Virus record (IMG/VR): IMGVR_UViG_3300037045_000191
Coordinates: 1-27,578 of that record
DNA from: a virus
Taxonomy: Duplodnaviria; Caudoviricetes
Reading direction: 5' to 3' (one strand)
Length of the DNA: 27,578 nt
The notes beneath the pieces were generated by a model, which saw only the letters and a program-made list of their open reading frames with translations, did not search any database and was not told the DNA's origin. The first letter of the stretch is position 1. Every line of letters begins with the position of its first letter. A program made the translations under genes and the position numbers. Positions 16,409 to 24,502 of the stretch are shown in pieces.

Positions 16409-18487
16409 ATGGACGGAAAAAGTAAAATAGAATTGGTTTTGGAGTTAAAAAACCGCATGAAAACAGGCCTTACCAAAGCCAAAGAATCGGTTAACTCCAA
16501 CGTAACGGCCATGAAGGAACGTTTAAGCAACCTAAAAAACCACCACGTGGCAGCATTTAAGGCCATGCGCGACGAGGTTCCTATGTTGGGCAGGGCTTTT
16601 GCTCTTGTGGGAAATCCCTACACCATGATTATTGCAGGAGCAATTGCTTTGGGTGCAACACTCTATACGGCAGGTAAAAAAGCGTCTGAATTTCATGCGG
16701 CTTTTTTGCCCATTAAACAACTTAACCTGGATAAATCGTCCGCAACGTTGCGACAATACCAAAACCAGATTAAGGACGCCGCATATAATGTTGGGGCTGA
16801 CCTGAACAAAGCCACTAGTGCTTTTTACGACCTGCAATCAGGAACCGGTCTTTTTGGTCAGGATGCTGTGGACGTATTTGAGAAAGTTGGCAAGTACAGC
16901 CTCGTAACTGGTGCCGACATTAACGATTCCATGAACTCTACCGTGAAGGCTATGCGGGCATTTGGTTTGTCTGTAAAAGACATTGACAGCCTGCTCATTT
17001 CCAACGCCAAAACGGTACAAATGGGTATTACCACCTTCGACGAGCTGGCGCGGGTGCAAACTGAATATGCCGGGGCCGCTAAAGGAGCAGGGCAAAATGT
17101 TGACACGGCCAACAAACTCTTTGCGGCGTTTACTTCAATTGCCAAAGATGCCAACATTGCCGCCAACATGACCAAAACGGCATTCCAGGGATTAACCCAA
17201 AAACAAACCATTGACGGCTTGCAATCAATAGGCATAAGCATGTACGACGCAAACGGGAATATGCGCGACATGGCCACAATTCTGAAAGATGTAAGCCAAA
17301 AATTCAAGACCATGTCATCGGCACAAATTGACGGTTTGATAAACAAAATAGGCGGTCCTGAAGGTTTGCGTTCAATGTTTGTAAAACTCAAGACATCGGG
17401 CGACGACTTCTTTAACACACTTAACGGATTCGATAATTCTACATTTAATTTTGAACAGGCCATGGCAAACGCCATGAACGATTTTGCGACACTAAAATCG
17501 GTCTTTTGGAATCGACTGAACATAGTGCTTACTAGGCTCGGAGAAAAAATACTACCCGTTTTGATTTCAGGGTTGAATGCCGTTATCAAAATAATGGACT
17601 TCTTTGAAAAAGGGTTCACGAAGGGCAAACGCGAATTTATCACATACAACCAGGCTCTTGAAACCATAGGAGGAACATACGATAAATTTAAGACGCATCT
17701 TGCTAAAACGCAATCAGAGGCTATTTCGCTGTTCGAAGCGCTGAAAAGAACTAATCCAGGAACAGAAACCCGCCGTGCCTTAATTAACAAAATAAACCAG
17801 GAATACGGCAGCTACCTGCCCAACCTGTTGACAGAAAAAAGTACGCTTTTGGAAATTGCTGCTGCACAAGATGCCGTTACACGTTCTATCAGAAACCAAC
17901 TGGCCATGAAGGCCAAAGAGGAAAAGATAAACGCCATTGTACAAAGCCAAATGCAACGCGAACAGGATTGGCTTAAAAACTTCGTTACCGATTCTACTCC
18001 GTTGAGTTCTTGGATTGCAGGTCTCGAAGAGTTTACCTCGAAACAGGCCCTGCTATTAACTAAAGACGGTATCGTACAGCAAAGGCTTCTTGAGGCCGAA
18101 AACCTCTCTACCATGACTGGTTTTCCTCTAAAAACCATTGTGGAGACATTCCGACAGCTCAATAAATTGCGCGAGGACGACAAACGAGCCATAAAGTCAT
18201 ACAGCGACCTTTACTCCTCTTATTTTGACGAATCGGCGGCGGCAACAGGCGGAGGAGTTCCAACAGGTGGTACTGGTGGTGCTGGTGGCAGTGGTTCGAG
18301 CGATGTAACTTCCATTGCCGGAAGCGCCAAACAAATTAAGCACATTACCATCAACATTGATTCGTTCAACAAGGGTGGTATTAATACGCAAAACACAACG
18401 CTGCAAAACATGAACCCCCAGCAAATCGAAGAGTGGTTTAACAATATGCTTTTGCGTGTCATTCGTAACGTTGAAACAAGTTACTAG
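16409..18487 (+). CDS. Tail tape measure protein
   Basis: 692 aa, helical and Ala-rich; TP901-type core (LQSIGISMYDANGNMRDMATIL); C-terminal HITINID. Confidence 0.9.
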   Translation: MDGKSKIELVLELKNRMKTGLTKAKESVNSNVTAMKERLSNLKNHHVAAFKAMRDEVPMLGRAFALVGNPYTMIIAGAIALGATLYTAGKKASEFHAAFLPIKQLNLDKSSATLRQYQNQIKDAAYNVGADLNKATSAFYDLQSGTGLFGQDAVDVFEKVGKYSLVTGADINDSMNSTVKAMRAFGLSVKDIDSLLISNAKTVQMGITTFDELARVQTEYAGAAKGAGQNVDTANKLFAAFTSIAKDANIAANMTKTAFQGLTQKQTIDGLQSIGISMYDANGNMRDMATILKDVSQKFKTMSSAQIDGLINKIGGPEGLRSMFVKLKTSGDDFFNTLNGFDNSTFNFEQAMANAMNDFATLKSVFWNRLNIVLTRLGEKILPVLISGLNAVIKIMDFFEKGFTKGKREFITYNQALETIGGTYDKFKTHLAKTQSEAISLFEALKRTNPGTETRRALINKINQEYGSYLPNLLTEKSTLLEIAAAQDAVTRSIRNQLAMKAKEEKINAIVQSQMQREQDWLKNFVTDSTPLSSWIAGLEEFTSKQALLLTKDGIVQQRLLEAENLSTMTGFPLKTIVETFRQLNKLREDDKRAIKSYSDLYSSYFDESAAATGGGVPTGGTGGAGGSGSSDVTSIAGSAKQIKHITINIDSFNKGGINTQNTTLQNMNPQQIEEWFNNMLLRVIRNVETSY

Positions 18488-18489
18488 CC

Positions 18490-18987
18490 ATGAACGAAAC
18501 CACCGAATATTTTGCTATGTTAGACCGTGTTGCCAAAGCAACTAACGAACTGCCAAGGATAATAGCCACCGAAGCCGTTAACTTTAGCAAAGAGAGGTTT
18601 CGGGCGCAAAACTGGGTTGACTTTGCAACGGAACCATGGCGTCCACGAAAAACAGTAAAAGGAGTTAGCCGCCGACGCTCGCGCCGTGCCATTCTGGTTG
18701 ACACCGGAAGGCTAAGGCGTAGTATAAGAGTTGTTTCGGTTAGCTCCGAAGCCGTTGTCATTGGAACCGACGTTCCTTACGCTCAGGCGCACAACGACGG
18801 ATTTTCGGGCACGGTAAAGCAAAACGTTAAAGCACACCAACGGCGTGGCCGACCCGTACGTGCGCATACGAGAAACGCCAACATACGCATACCAAGGCGG
18901 CGTTTTTTGGGACAAAGCATGGTGTTGGAGGCAAAACTAAACAGAGTAGCAAATGCCCGTTTAATAAGGGCAATTAAAGGCAATTAA
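18490..18987 (+). CDS. Virion morphogenesis/tail completion protein (Mu gpG-like)
   Basis: WRPRK, ILVDTGRLRRSI, VPYAQAHNDG, IPRRRFLG. Confidence 0.9.
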   Translation: MNETTEYFAMLDRVAKATNELPRIIATEAVNFSKERFRAQNWVDFATEPWRPRKTVKGVSRRRSRRAILVDTGRLRRSIRVVSVSSEAVVIGTDVPYAQAHNDGFSGTVKQNVKAHQRRGRPVRAHTRNANIRIPRRRFLGQSMVLEAKLNRVANARLIRAIKGN

Positions 18988-18988
18988 C

Positions 18989-19528
18989 ATGGAAACCATA
19001 TACAACAAAATTGTAAAAACATTTACGGACAACCAGCAGGTGTTTACCGATGCCGAGCTTATTGCACCCCGCACCATAGACATAAATATCGGGCAGACCG
19101 ACAACCCAGAGGGTTTTGAAATATTCTATCCGGCTATTTTTGTAAGTTGGGCCATTTCGCCACAAGCAAACAACTACGACCCAAAGTTGCTGACGTTGGA
19201 TTTCCACTGCATTCAGGATGCCGACGTGGGCACAGAAAACTTTTCGGGAAACATAGCGCCCACGTATTTGGCCTGGCTTCGAAAAACGCGAATGGTGCTT
19301 AATGGCTTGCGAGCAGCCAACACAACCGGGTTAACTTACCGTGGCGAACGCCCGAACTTAACGCCCTATTTTCGTTACACCATTATCAATTTTGAGTGCT
19401 ATATTGACATTGCCGACGAAAGCCTGACCAGAGGAACTCTAACAACCGAGGAGTTGGATGGATACAAAGCCACATTTCAGCCCAAACAAACCATATCCGA
19501 ACCCGAGTTAACCATTGACACCTTTTAA
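18989..19528 (+). CDS. Putative tail terminator (Mu gp37-like)
   Basis: IDINIGQ...YPAIFVSW pattern; follows gpG-like gene. Confidence 0.6.
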   Translation: METIYNKIVKTFTDNQQVFTDAELIAPRTIDINIGQTDNPEGFEIFYPAIFVSWAISPQANNYDPKLLTLDFHCIQDADVGTENFSGNIAPTYLAWLRKTRMVLNGLRAANTTGLTYRGERPNLTPYFRYTIINFECYIDIADESLTRGTLTTEELDGYKATFQPKQTISEPELTIDTF

Positions 19529-19530
19529 CG

Positions 19531-19557
19531 AAAAAAGCCCGCCAAATGGCGGGCTTT
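19531..19557. terminator. Intrinsic terminator between convergent operons
   Basis: AAAAAAGCCCGCCA-AA-TGGCGGGCTTT; U6 on the - strand, U3 on the + strand. Confidence 0.85.
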
Positions 19558-19585
19558 ACCATTTTCCCGACGTCGGGAAAATGGT
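19558..19585. repeat. Perfect 28-bp palindrome
   Basis: ACCATTTTCCCGACGTCGGGAAAATGGT equals its own reverse complement. Confidence 0.95.
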
Positions 19586-19592
19586 CGGATAG

Positions 19593-19901
19593 TTATATGT
19601 TGAACTCTTTACGGTAATCGGCCACCGTTTTTCCCGGATTTTTTTGCATCCATGTAGCAATGTTGCTGCTTTCTTCGTCAGTAAGAACATGTTCCTTTGT
19701 TTTTTCTTCCTCCATTACCACCAGTTTTTTTAGCTTTTTATTTATTTGCCATAATAGCCAAATAACGGCAAACGTAAAAAAGTAATCTATAAAATTATTT
19801 TCAACCTGCAGCTTTACTGTGGCTGGGTTGCTACAACTTGCAAAAAGGAAGCTTGCCAAAATAATGGCAAGTTTTTGGGTTGTGTTTTTTGGTGTTTTCA
19901 T
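19593..19901 (-). CDS. Putative lipoprotein/membrane protein (moron-like)
   Basis: From ATG 19901: MKTPKNTTQKLAIILASFLFAS|C lipobox, then hydrophobic FIDYFFTFAVIWLLW; candidate promoter TTTG-N19-TATTATTG (19957..19927). Confidence 0.6.
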   Translation of the reverse strand: MKTPKNTTQKLAIILASFLFASCSNPATVKLQVENNFIDYFFTFAVIWLLWQINKKLKKLVVMEEEKTKEHVLTDEESSNIATWMQKNPGKTVADYRKEFNI

Positions 19902-19965
19902 GGGATGTTGTTTATAAATTGTTGTACAATAATATGAAAATATTCCGGTAAAACAAAAAACAATA

Positions 19966-20658
19966 TTATTCTCCAATTACTTTTCCCGCTATTCGCTTGC
20001 GCAAATCGTGGTCAGTTATTTTATTAACTTCTTGCATTATTTCATAAACCTTCACGTCGTTTTGCCTGAAATCAATTTCCAACTGCCTTACCTTTCCCTG
20101 TTCGAAACGCAAACGGGCATATTTGGGACTTAAACAGGCTGTACGGCAAATTGTAAGGTGATGTGTTGGATAAATACGTTTTAGTTTGTTTACCATGCCA
20201 CTTTTAGGGCTATATCCGGCAGCCTTCAGTAGTTCCTTGCGCGGGTAGCCAACAACACCATTGTGAATAATTGGCCATACTCCGCCAATGGGCTCGGCAA
20301 TGACGGCTTGTTTCGTCATTAATTTCATTAAAAGTTCGTCAACAGACAATGCGAAATCTTCATTTATCCACTGTGCAAAACGCATAACTATTCTGTAGTC
20401 GTGTGCCCATGTTCCAGGTTGTTTTCCACCATTTACAACTGACACTAAATCAGTCAGTACGCATTTCTGCTTAGTGGCCAATTTATCAACATAACGCTTT
20501 GATTCGTCAGTCCTTAGCCAATCGGACGGCTTTTTGCCGAATTTCTTCGCCATTTGTGACAAGTTCACGGAAATATTTCCGCTTTTCATTTCAACGGCAA
20601 ATTTTGCGTGGTCTATCTCGACCATTTGCATTTCATTGTTTGTGTTTTGTGTTTTCAT
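19966..20658 (-). CDS. KilA-N domain protein (antirepressor-like)
   Basis: VNLSQMAKKFGKKPSDWLR...GG...GTWAH...RFAQWINEDF. Confidence 0.88.
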   Translation of the reverse strand: MKTQNTNNEMQMVEIDHAKFAVEMKSGNISVNLSQMAKKFGKKPSDWLRTDESKRYVDKLATKQKCVLTDLVSVVNGGKQPGTWAHDYRIVMRFAQWINEDFALSVDELLMKLMTKQAVIAEPIGGVWPIIHNGVVGYPRKELLKAAGYSPKSGMVNKLKRIYPTHHLTICRTACLSPKYARLRFEQGKVRQLEIDFRQNDVKVYEIMQEVNKITDHDLRKRIAGKVIGE

Positions 20659-20678
20659 ACTGTTTGCTTTTTAAGAAA

Positions 20679-21164
20679 TTAGGATTCGTGACCTGTTATT
20701 AGCTCAGCAAGTTCAATACGCAAAGCGTCATCTTTTACCTGACACAGTTTGCTCATAATGGCAATCATTCGCTCAGGCGTTAAACGGTTATGCTTTCTTT
20801 TTGGAGTTTCCGGCAATTCTGGCAACTTCTTTTCAATGAAATTAACCACAAGCCGCTCTACCCAATCTCTGAACAATTTAGCTCTTTCACTTTTAACATA
20901 AAAACCCAATCGGATAACTCCCTGCTTTGTCCACATGGTTGTTTTTCGACGAACACCCATACCGTCGAAAATTTCAACGGCATCAATAAAGTGCTTTCCT
21001 TCAATCAATTCATCTTTATTCAAAGATTTATGACTTCTTAGTGTGTTAGCATTAATATCATAACAATTCGCCACATCTTTAGTAGGTATTAAAAATTCGT
21101 GTTTGGCATCGGGAAATATAGTTACCGACAAGCCTTCCGATACTTGCATCATCATTGTTTTCAT
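20679..21164 (-). CDS. ORF6N/Bro-N-like antirepressor-type DNA-binding protein
   Basis: TKDVANCYD...ELIEGKHFI...WTKQGVIRLGFYVKSERAKLFRDW. Confidence 0.75.
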   Translation of the reverse strand: MKTMMMQVSEGLSVTIFPDAKHEFLIPTKDVANCYDINANTLRSHKSLNKDELIEGKHFIDAVEIFDGMGVRRKTTMWTKQGVIRLGFYVKSERAKLFRDWVERLVVNFIEKKLPELPETPKRKHNRLTPERMIAIMSKLCQVKDDALRIELAELITGHES

Positions 21165-21421
21165 TATAGGCTCCTTTCTTTTTGTAGTTTATCGACATTT
21201 TGTAAGTGTTTTCGAAGGCTGGTATAGGCGTGCATAACGTCGGCCTTGAAAATGGGGTCAAGGCAATCGTGAAATAGCACAAACGCCAGAAACATCTCGT
21301 GCAGGTTTTCCGAGAAATAGGCCATGTCGTCGGCCTCGCGCACTAAATCGTTAATAATTTGTTCAGCCGTAATTGGCTTTTCTGCGCAGGTAGCGCAGCT
21401 TTTCTTTTCTGTGTAAGTCAT
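21164..21421 (-). CDS. Small hypothetical protein, first gene after C4-like RNA
   Basis: ATG 21421 with A-rich leader (MTYTEKKSCATC..., 85 aa); the start region is an antisense target. Confidence 0.6.
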   Translation of the reverse strand: MTYTEKKSCATCAEKPITAEQIINDLVREADDMAYFSENLHEMFLAFVLFHDCLDPIFKADVMHAYTSLRKHLQNVDKLQKERSL

Positions 21422-21459
21422 AACAGAATTGTTTTTATGTGAGGGCTGAAAACAGAAAA

Positions 21460-21537
21460 ACGGTTCAGCCTTTCCCGTTGACTTACACCTCATGGGCAGT
21501 GGGCGAATTATCGCTCCACACGGGGGTACTGAACCGC
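21460..21537 (-). ncRNA. C4/CI-like antisense RNA
   Basis: Closing stem GCGGTTCAG/CTGAACCGT, internal hairpins, and a segment complementary to 21588-21613 and 21411-21420; upstream of antirepressor genes. Confidence 0.65.
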
Positions 21538-21556
21538 GTATTGATGGTTGGGGCAT

Positions 21557-21621
21557 AAAAAAAGCCCGCAACTGGTTGGCGGACATTCCGCCCATGAGTA
21601 TGTAAGTCAACGGCAAACATA
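21557..21621 (-). promoter_or_regulatory. Promoter and attenuator leader of antirepressor operon
   Basis: -7 box TATGTTTG (21621..21614); alternative hairpins GGCGGA/TCCGCC versus CCGC-CAAC/GTTG-CGG followed by T7. Confidence 0.6.
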
Positions 21622-21698
21622 CAAAATATTTTAGTTGATTGATACACATGGGCAGATTTTTTTTAAGGTTAAAAAGCAAAAGCGGCATTAAAACGCCT

Positions 21699-21749
21699 CG
21701 CTAACGGTCAGTAACCCCCATTGAAACGGGGGTTACTTTTGCGTTAGCG
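21699..21749. repeat. Extended inverted repeat (attC-like or terminator)
   Basis: CGCTAACG-gtc-AGTAACCCCC-attgaaac-GGGGGTTACT-tttg-CGTTAGCG. Confidence 0.75.
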
Positions 21750-22061
21750 TCTCCTAAAAAGCCCACACGCCAAACTGTTCATTTTGATTCTGGCGTGGCC
21801 ATAGGCGGTGCGGTTGCTTTTCTTTTGGCTGCAATAGTACATTTTACCGTACTGGTGCTTGTAGGAGTATTGGCATTGGCGGCAACGCTTTAAAGGGTGT
21901 AGTGTTTTTACCTCTTCAGTGAAGGTAAGGCCAATAATGCCTTCTATTTTCTCTTCGCCAACCCATACTTCTACGTTTGGCCAGAGAATGGTATTTTGTA
22001 TTGTGCTTTTGGGCGGTGTGGTTGTGTTGTCAACCTTTGGCTGGTATGTGTTTGTTTTCAT
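21744..22061 (-). CDS. Hypothetical protein with C-terminal Cys cluster
   Basis: 105 aa; CRQC...YYC...AC, possible Zn binding. Confidence 0.55.
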   Translation of the reverse strand: MKTNTYQPKVDNTTTPPKSTIQNTILWPNVEVWVGEEKIEGIIGLTFTEEVKTLHPLKRCRQCQYSYKHQYGKMYYCSQKKSNRTAYGHARIKMNSLACGLFRRR

Positions 22062-22386
22062 GTTCTATAGCATTTTTCAACATGTTAGAAAACTGAGTAC
22101 ATCCTTCAAGAATCAAGCAGCGGCACTCTTTTTTTGAAAGCCATCCTGCCTTGTATTCGTCGGTGGTTTTTAGTATTATGACGGTTATTGGGTCTGTCAG
22201 AAAATTGACATAAAAATCGTCTTTTTTATTATAAAATTCGATAGTTGCATGTCTGTGTCTGGCTCTAAAATAAAAGAAATAACCCATAAAATAACCCTCG
22301 GACTGCACCGGGCAATTACCTGTCGGTTTGTAAATCCACTCTATTTTTTTTCCGTAATTAGCTGTTGTTTTTTCAGACTTAGTCAT
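22030..22386 (-). CDS. Phage hypothetical protein (CPVQxEG...FYFRAR motif)
   Basis: ATG 22386 preceded by AAAGGAG; motif recalled from other phage hypothetical proteins. Confidence 0.6.
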   Translation of the reverse strand: MTKSEKTTANYGKKIEWIYKPTGNCPVQSEGYFMGYFFYFRARHRHATIEFYNKKDDFYVNFLTDPITVIILKTTDEYKAGWLSKKECRCLILEGCTQFSNMLKNAIEHENKHIPAKG

Positions 22387-22399
22387 ATCGCTTTCTCCT

Positions 22400-22609
22400 T
22401 TATTTATCGTGTATAACAATTCTATGAGATTCCGCCATTTCGTCAATAAGTTTCTCACATGCCTCTCTTGTCTCAAAGCGCGTCCTTCGAAAAATAGACC
22501 ATCCGCCTCTTTCTGTGTACTCGACCATATACCAACAATTCTTGAAATATTTGGCGCGCAATATGAGCTTACCCTGGCGTTGAAATTCGTTTCTTTCGTC
22601 TTTAGTCAT
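22400..22609 (-). CDS. Hypothetical protein
   Basis: 69 aa, tightly packed in early operon. Confidence 0.6.
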   Translation of the reverse strand: MTKDERNEFQRQGKLILRAKYFKNCWYMVEYTERGGWSIFRRTRFETREACEKLIDEMAESHRIVIHDK

Positions 22610-22802
22610 ATCGCCTCCGTTTTTTTATGTCGGCAGCCTGCTGTTTTATTACATCAAGGTTGTAACTTACATAGTCCTTTACCGGACGGTCGCATTTCTC
22701 GTTCTCGTATGCCCACAATAGGTAATCGGCGGGCACGTTTGCCATGGCTTTACCCCGGTGTATTCCCCAAGGCATGGGCGAGTCGTCGTTTAGATTTGCC
22801 AT
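22602..22802 (-). CDS. DUF3820/exonuclease X C-terminal-like small protein
   Basis: MPWGIHRGKAMANVPADYLLW motif. Confidence 0.8.
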   Translation of the reverse strand: MANLNDDSPMPWGIHRGKAMANVPADYLLWAYENEKCDRPVKDYVSYNLDVIKQQAADIKKRRRYD

Positions 22803-23011
22803 TATCGTTTGTTTTTACCAAAATTGCTAAATAACATGCTAAATAGGTCGTTCTCGTCCTTCATGCAGGACAAAACTACCAAAGTTTTAAAGTCGCTGTG
22901 TTTGCGCCGCAAATAGTCCTCGAGTTTTATTTTAGCGTGCAAATCGCTCATGCAGTTTTTTACCTTCATTTTACCGTTCATCGACCACGCTGTATTTCCA
23001 ATAGCATACAT
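22802..23011 (-). CDS. Hypothetical protein
   Basis: 69 aa; stop overlaps next start. Confidence 0.5.
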   Translation of the reverse strand: MYAIGNTAWSMNGKMKVKNCMSDLHAKIKLEDYLRRKHSDFKTLVVLSCMKDENDLFSMLFSNFGKNKR

Positions 23012-23033
23012 CTTATAGGTAATCAGGTAGGTT

Positions 23034-23132
23034 TTATTTTGCGTTCAATGTGTTTATCATTTCATGCGTCCACGCTATTTTAGGGCGCGGCTTGCGCTTT
23101 CGGTTGGCCGGTAATGGGGTGTTAAAGTCCAT
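23034..23132 (-). CDS. Small basic ORF (32 aa), possibly truncated
   Basis: MDFNTPLPANRKRKPRPKIAWTHEMINTLNAK, ATG 1 nt after upstream stop; below ORF-track cutoff. Confidence 0.4.
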   Translation of the reverse strand: MDFNTPLPANRKRKPRPKIAWTHEMINTLNAK

Positions 23133-23133
23133 A

Positions 23134-23388
23134 CTATTCAAAGTTTTCGTCGTTTGCTTCCATACGGGTAAAGTTATTCAGCCACTCTTCAAATTCGTCA
23201 ACCATACTGTCAATGTCGGTTTCGGGTTCTATCATCATGTAGAAGGTCATATAGGTGAGGTTAAATTCAACGCCCGGGTTGTCAATGGCCAACTGGCGGG
23301 CTTCGGTCAATGCCTCAACAATAGAGGTTTTGCTAGGGTCGGCAACCAGTTCTATTGTCTGGTCATCTTTGTAGGTTAGGTGTTTCAT
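23134..23388 (-). CDS. Acidic hypothetical protein
   Basis: 84 aa, operon spacing. Confidence 0.6.
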   Translation of the reverse strand: MKHLTYKDDQTIELVADPSKTSIVEALTEARQLAIDNPGVEFNLTYMTFYMMIEPETDIDSMVDEFEEWLNNFTRMEANDENFE

Positions 23389-23400
23389 ATTGTGTAATTT

Positions 23401-23589
23401 TTAAGTCCAACATTCATTTGGTTCAACCTGCTCGCTCATTTTACCCCAAGCGGCAAATAATTCGGGGTCTTTTGGCTGCACGCAATTAAGCATACCAACC
23501 ACTTGGTCAACCACATCGTCAACATCAGTTTGGTCGTCGTGTGCCAACACTGAGTCAACTATTAACTGTGCGTATCCTCGTTTATTCAT
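23401..23589 (-). CDS. Hypothetical protein
   Basis: 62 aa; ATGA overlap with upstream gene. Confidence 0.6.
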   Translation of the reverse strand: MNKRGYAQLIVDSVLAHDDQTDVDDVVDQVVGMLNCVQPKDPELFAAWGKMSEQVEPNECWT

Positions 23590-23795
23590 TTGGTGTCCTC
23601 CTTTTCCAATTTTCGCAGCAACAGTTTGGCGTTTGTCCCCAGGTATCTGTAATAGGTCACCTCGGTTATGAAATACACCGGGTAAATGTAGTTTTCGAAA
23701 ATAAACTTCTGGGTTACTCCCTGTTTTTTGTATTTCAGGGTTATGTCCTGAATGTCAACGATTCGCTTTAACCTGTTGCGGCTTATTTTGGCCAT
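23586..23795 (-). CDS. Small HTH transcriptional regulator (candidate Mor/C-like activator)
   Basis: From ATG 23795: NRLKRIVDIQ...GVTQKFIFENYIYPVYFITEVTYYRYL, an HTH-like pattern; activator role is inferred. Confidence 0.6.
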   Translation of the reverse strand: MAKISRNRLKRIVDIQDITLKYKKQGVTQKFIFENYIYPVYFITEVTYYRYLGTNAKLLLRKLEKEDTK

Positions 23796-23799
23796 AATG

Positions 23800-24222
23800 T
23801 TATATGTTATTAGTTGGGAATGTTCTGGGTATCGCGTTTTGTATATTTCGCTTCGCATCCTGGCACGCCATAGAAAGGACGTGGGCACATATCTCTAACC
23901 AGTCTATGTTTGCGCCAACCGAACGGTCATCGACATATACATCGGCGTAGATTTTAGGGGCGGGGCAGAATCCCAACCCGGGAACGTTGGCATTGACAGC
24001 ATCGAATCGTATGCCCCAGTTTTCGAGCGTTCCAACGGCTTCGCTCAATGGCTTTCGTCCGTTGTTTGCCGGGTCGGTGTCGTTACGGCATGTCCACAAT
24101 ATAAGTTTGTAACCAAGCTTTTTCCACAGCAACAAAACCTCTTTGGCGTTTGGCTTCAAATCGCCAATGGCGGGAAATTGGTCATCGACTATTGTCCCGT
24201 CGAAATCGACAGCTATAATCAT
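23800..24222 (-). CDS. HAD-superfamily hydrolase (BT0820-like)
   Basis: IIAVDFDGTIV, LILWTCR, KIYADVYVDDR. Confidence 0.9.
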   Translation of the reverse strand: MIIAVDFDGTIVDDQFPAIGDLKPNAKEVLLLWKKLGYKLILWTCRNDTDPANNGRKPLSEAVGTLENWGIRFDAVNANVPGLGFCPAPKIYADVYVDDRSVGANIDWLEICAHVLSMACQDAKRNIQNAIPRTFPTNNI

Positions 24223-24476
24223 CGTTTTGCCTCCTTTTGCTCGTTTAATTTGGCTTTTTTAGCCTTTTGTTTTGCCTTTAAACGCATTTCTCTTGAGATG
24301 TATGGGTCAAGAAAATCGGCTAAATCCTGAACGTCGCTCATGGTCATTCCAAGCATATTGGCCGCCTTGTAATTAAATGCGTCTTTCCCGTTTTGGTTCG
24401 TACGCATCATAATCAGCGTGTTTGCCACTGCCTTGACGATGTTTTTTTGTAATTTTCTGTTTACTACTACTATCAT
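24219..24476 (-). CDS. Hypothetical protein
   Basis: 85 aa; ATGA overlap with HAD gene. Confidence 0.6.
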   Translation of the reverse strand: MIVVVNRKLQKNIVKAVANTLIMMRTNQNGKDAFNYKAANMLGMTMSDVQDLADFLDPYISREMRLKAKQKAKKAKLNEQKEAKR

Positions 24477-24502
24477 GTTGTTAAAATTTAGGGGGTTAAA
24501 CT

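Noticed and set aside
16858-17790. 310-aa antisense ORF
   Set aside because: Shadow of the tape measure gene on the opposite strand; no motifs.
18235-18300. GGT/GGC-rich repeat-like tract
   Set aside because: Gly-rich linker in the tape measure protein.
21422-21688. N-terminal extension of ORF 21164..21688
   Set aside because: Crosses a promoter, attenuator and structured RNA, so the region is better explained as non-coding. A short ash-like leader peptide is not excluded.
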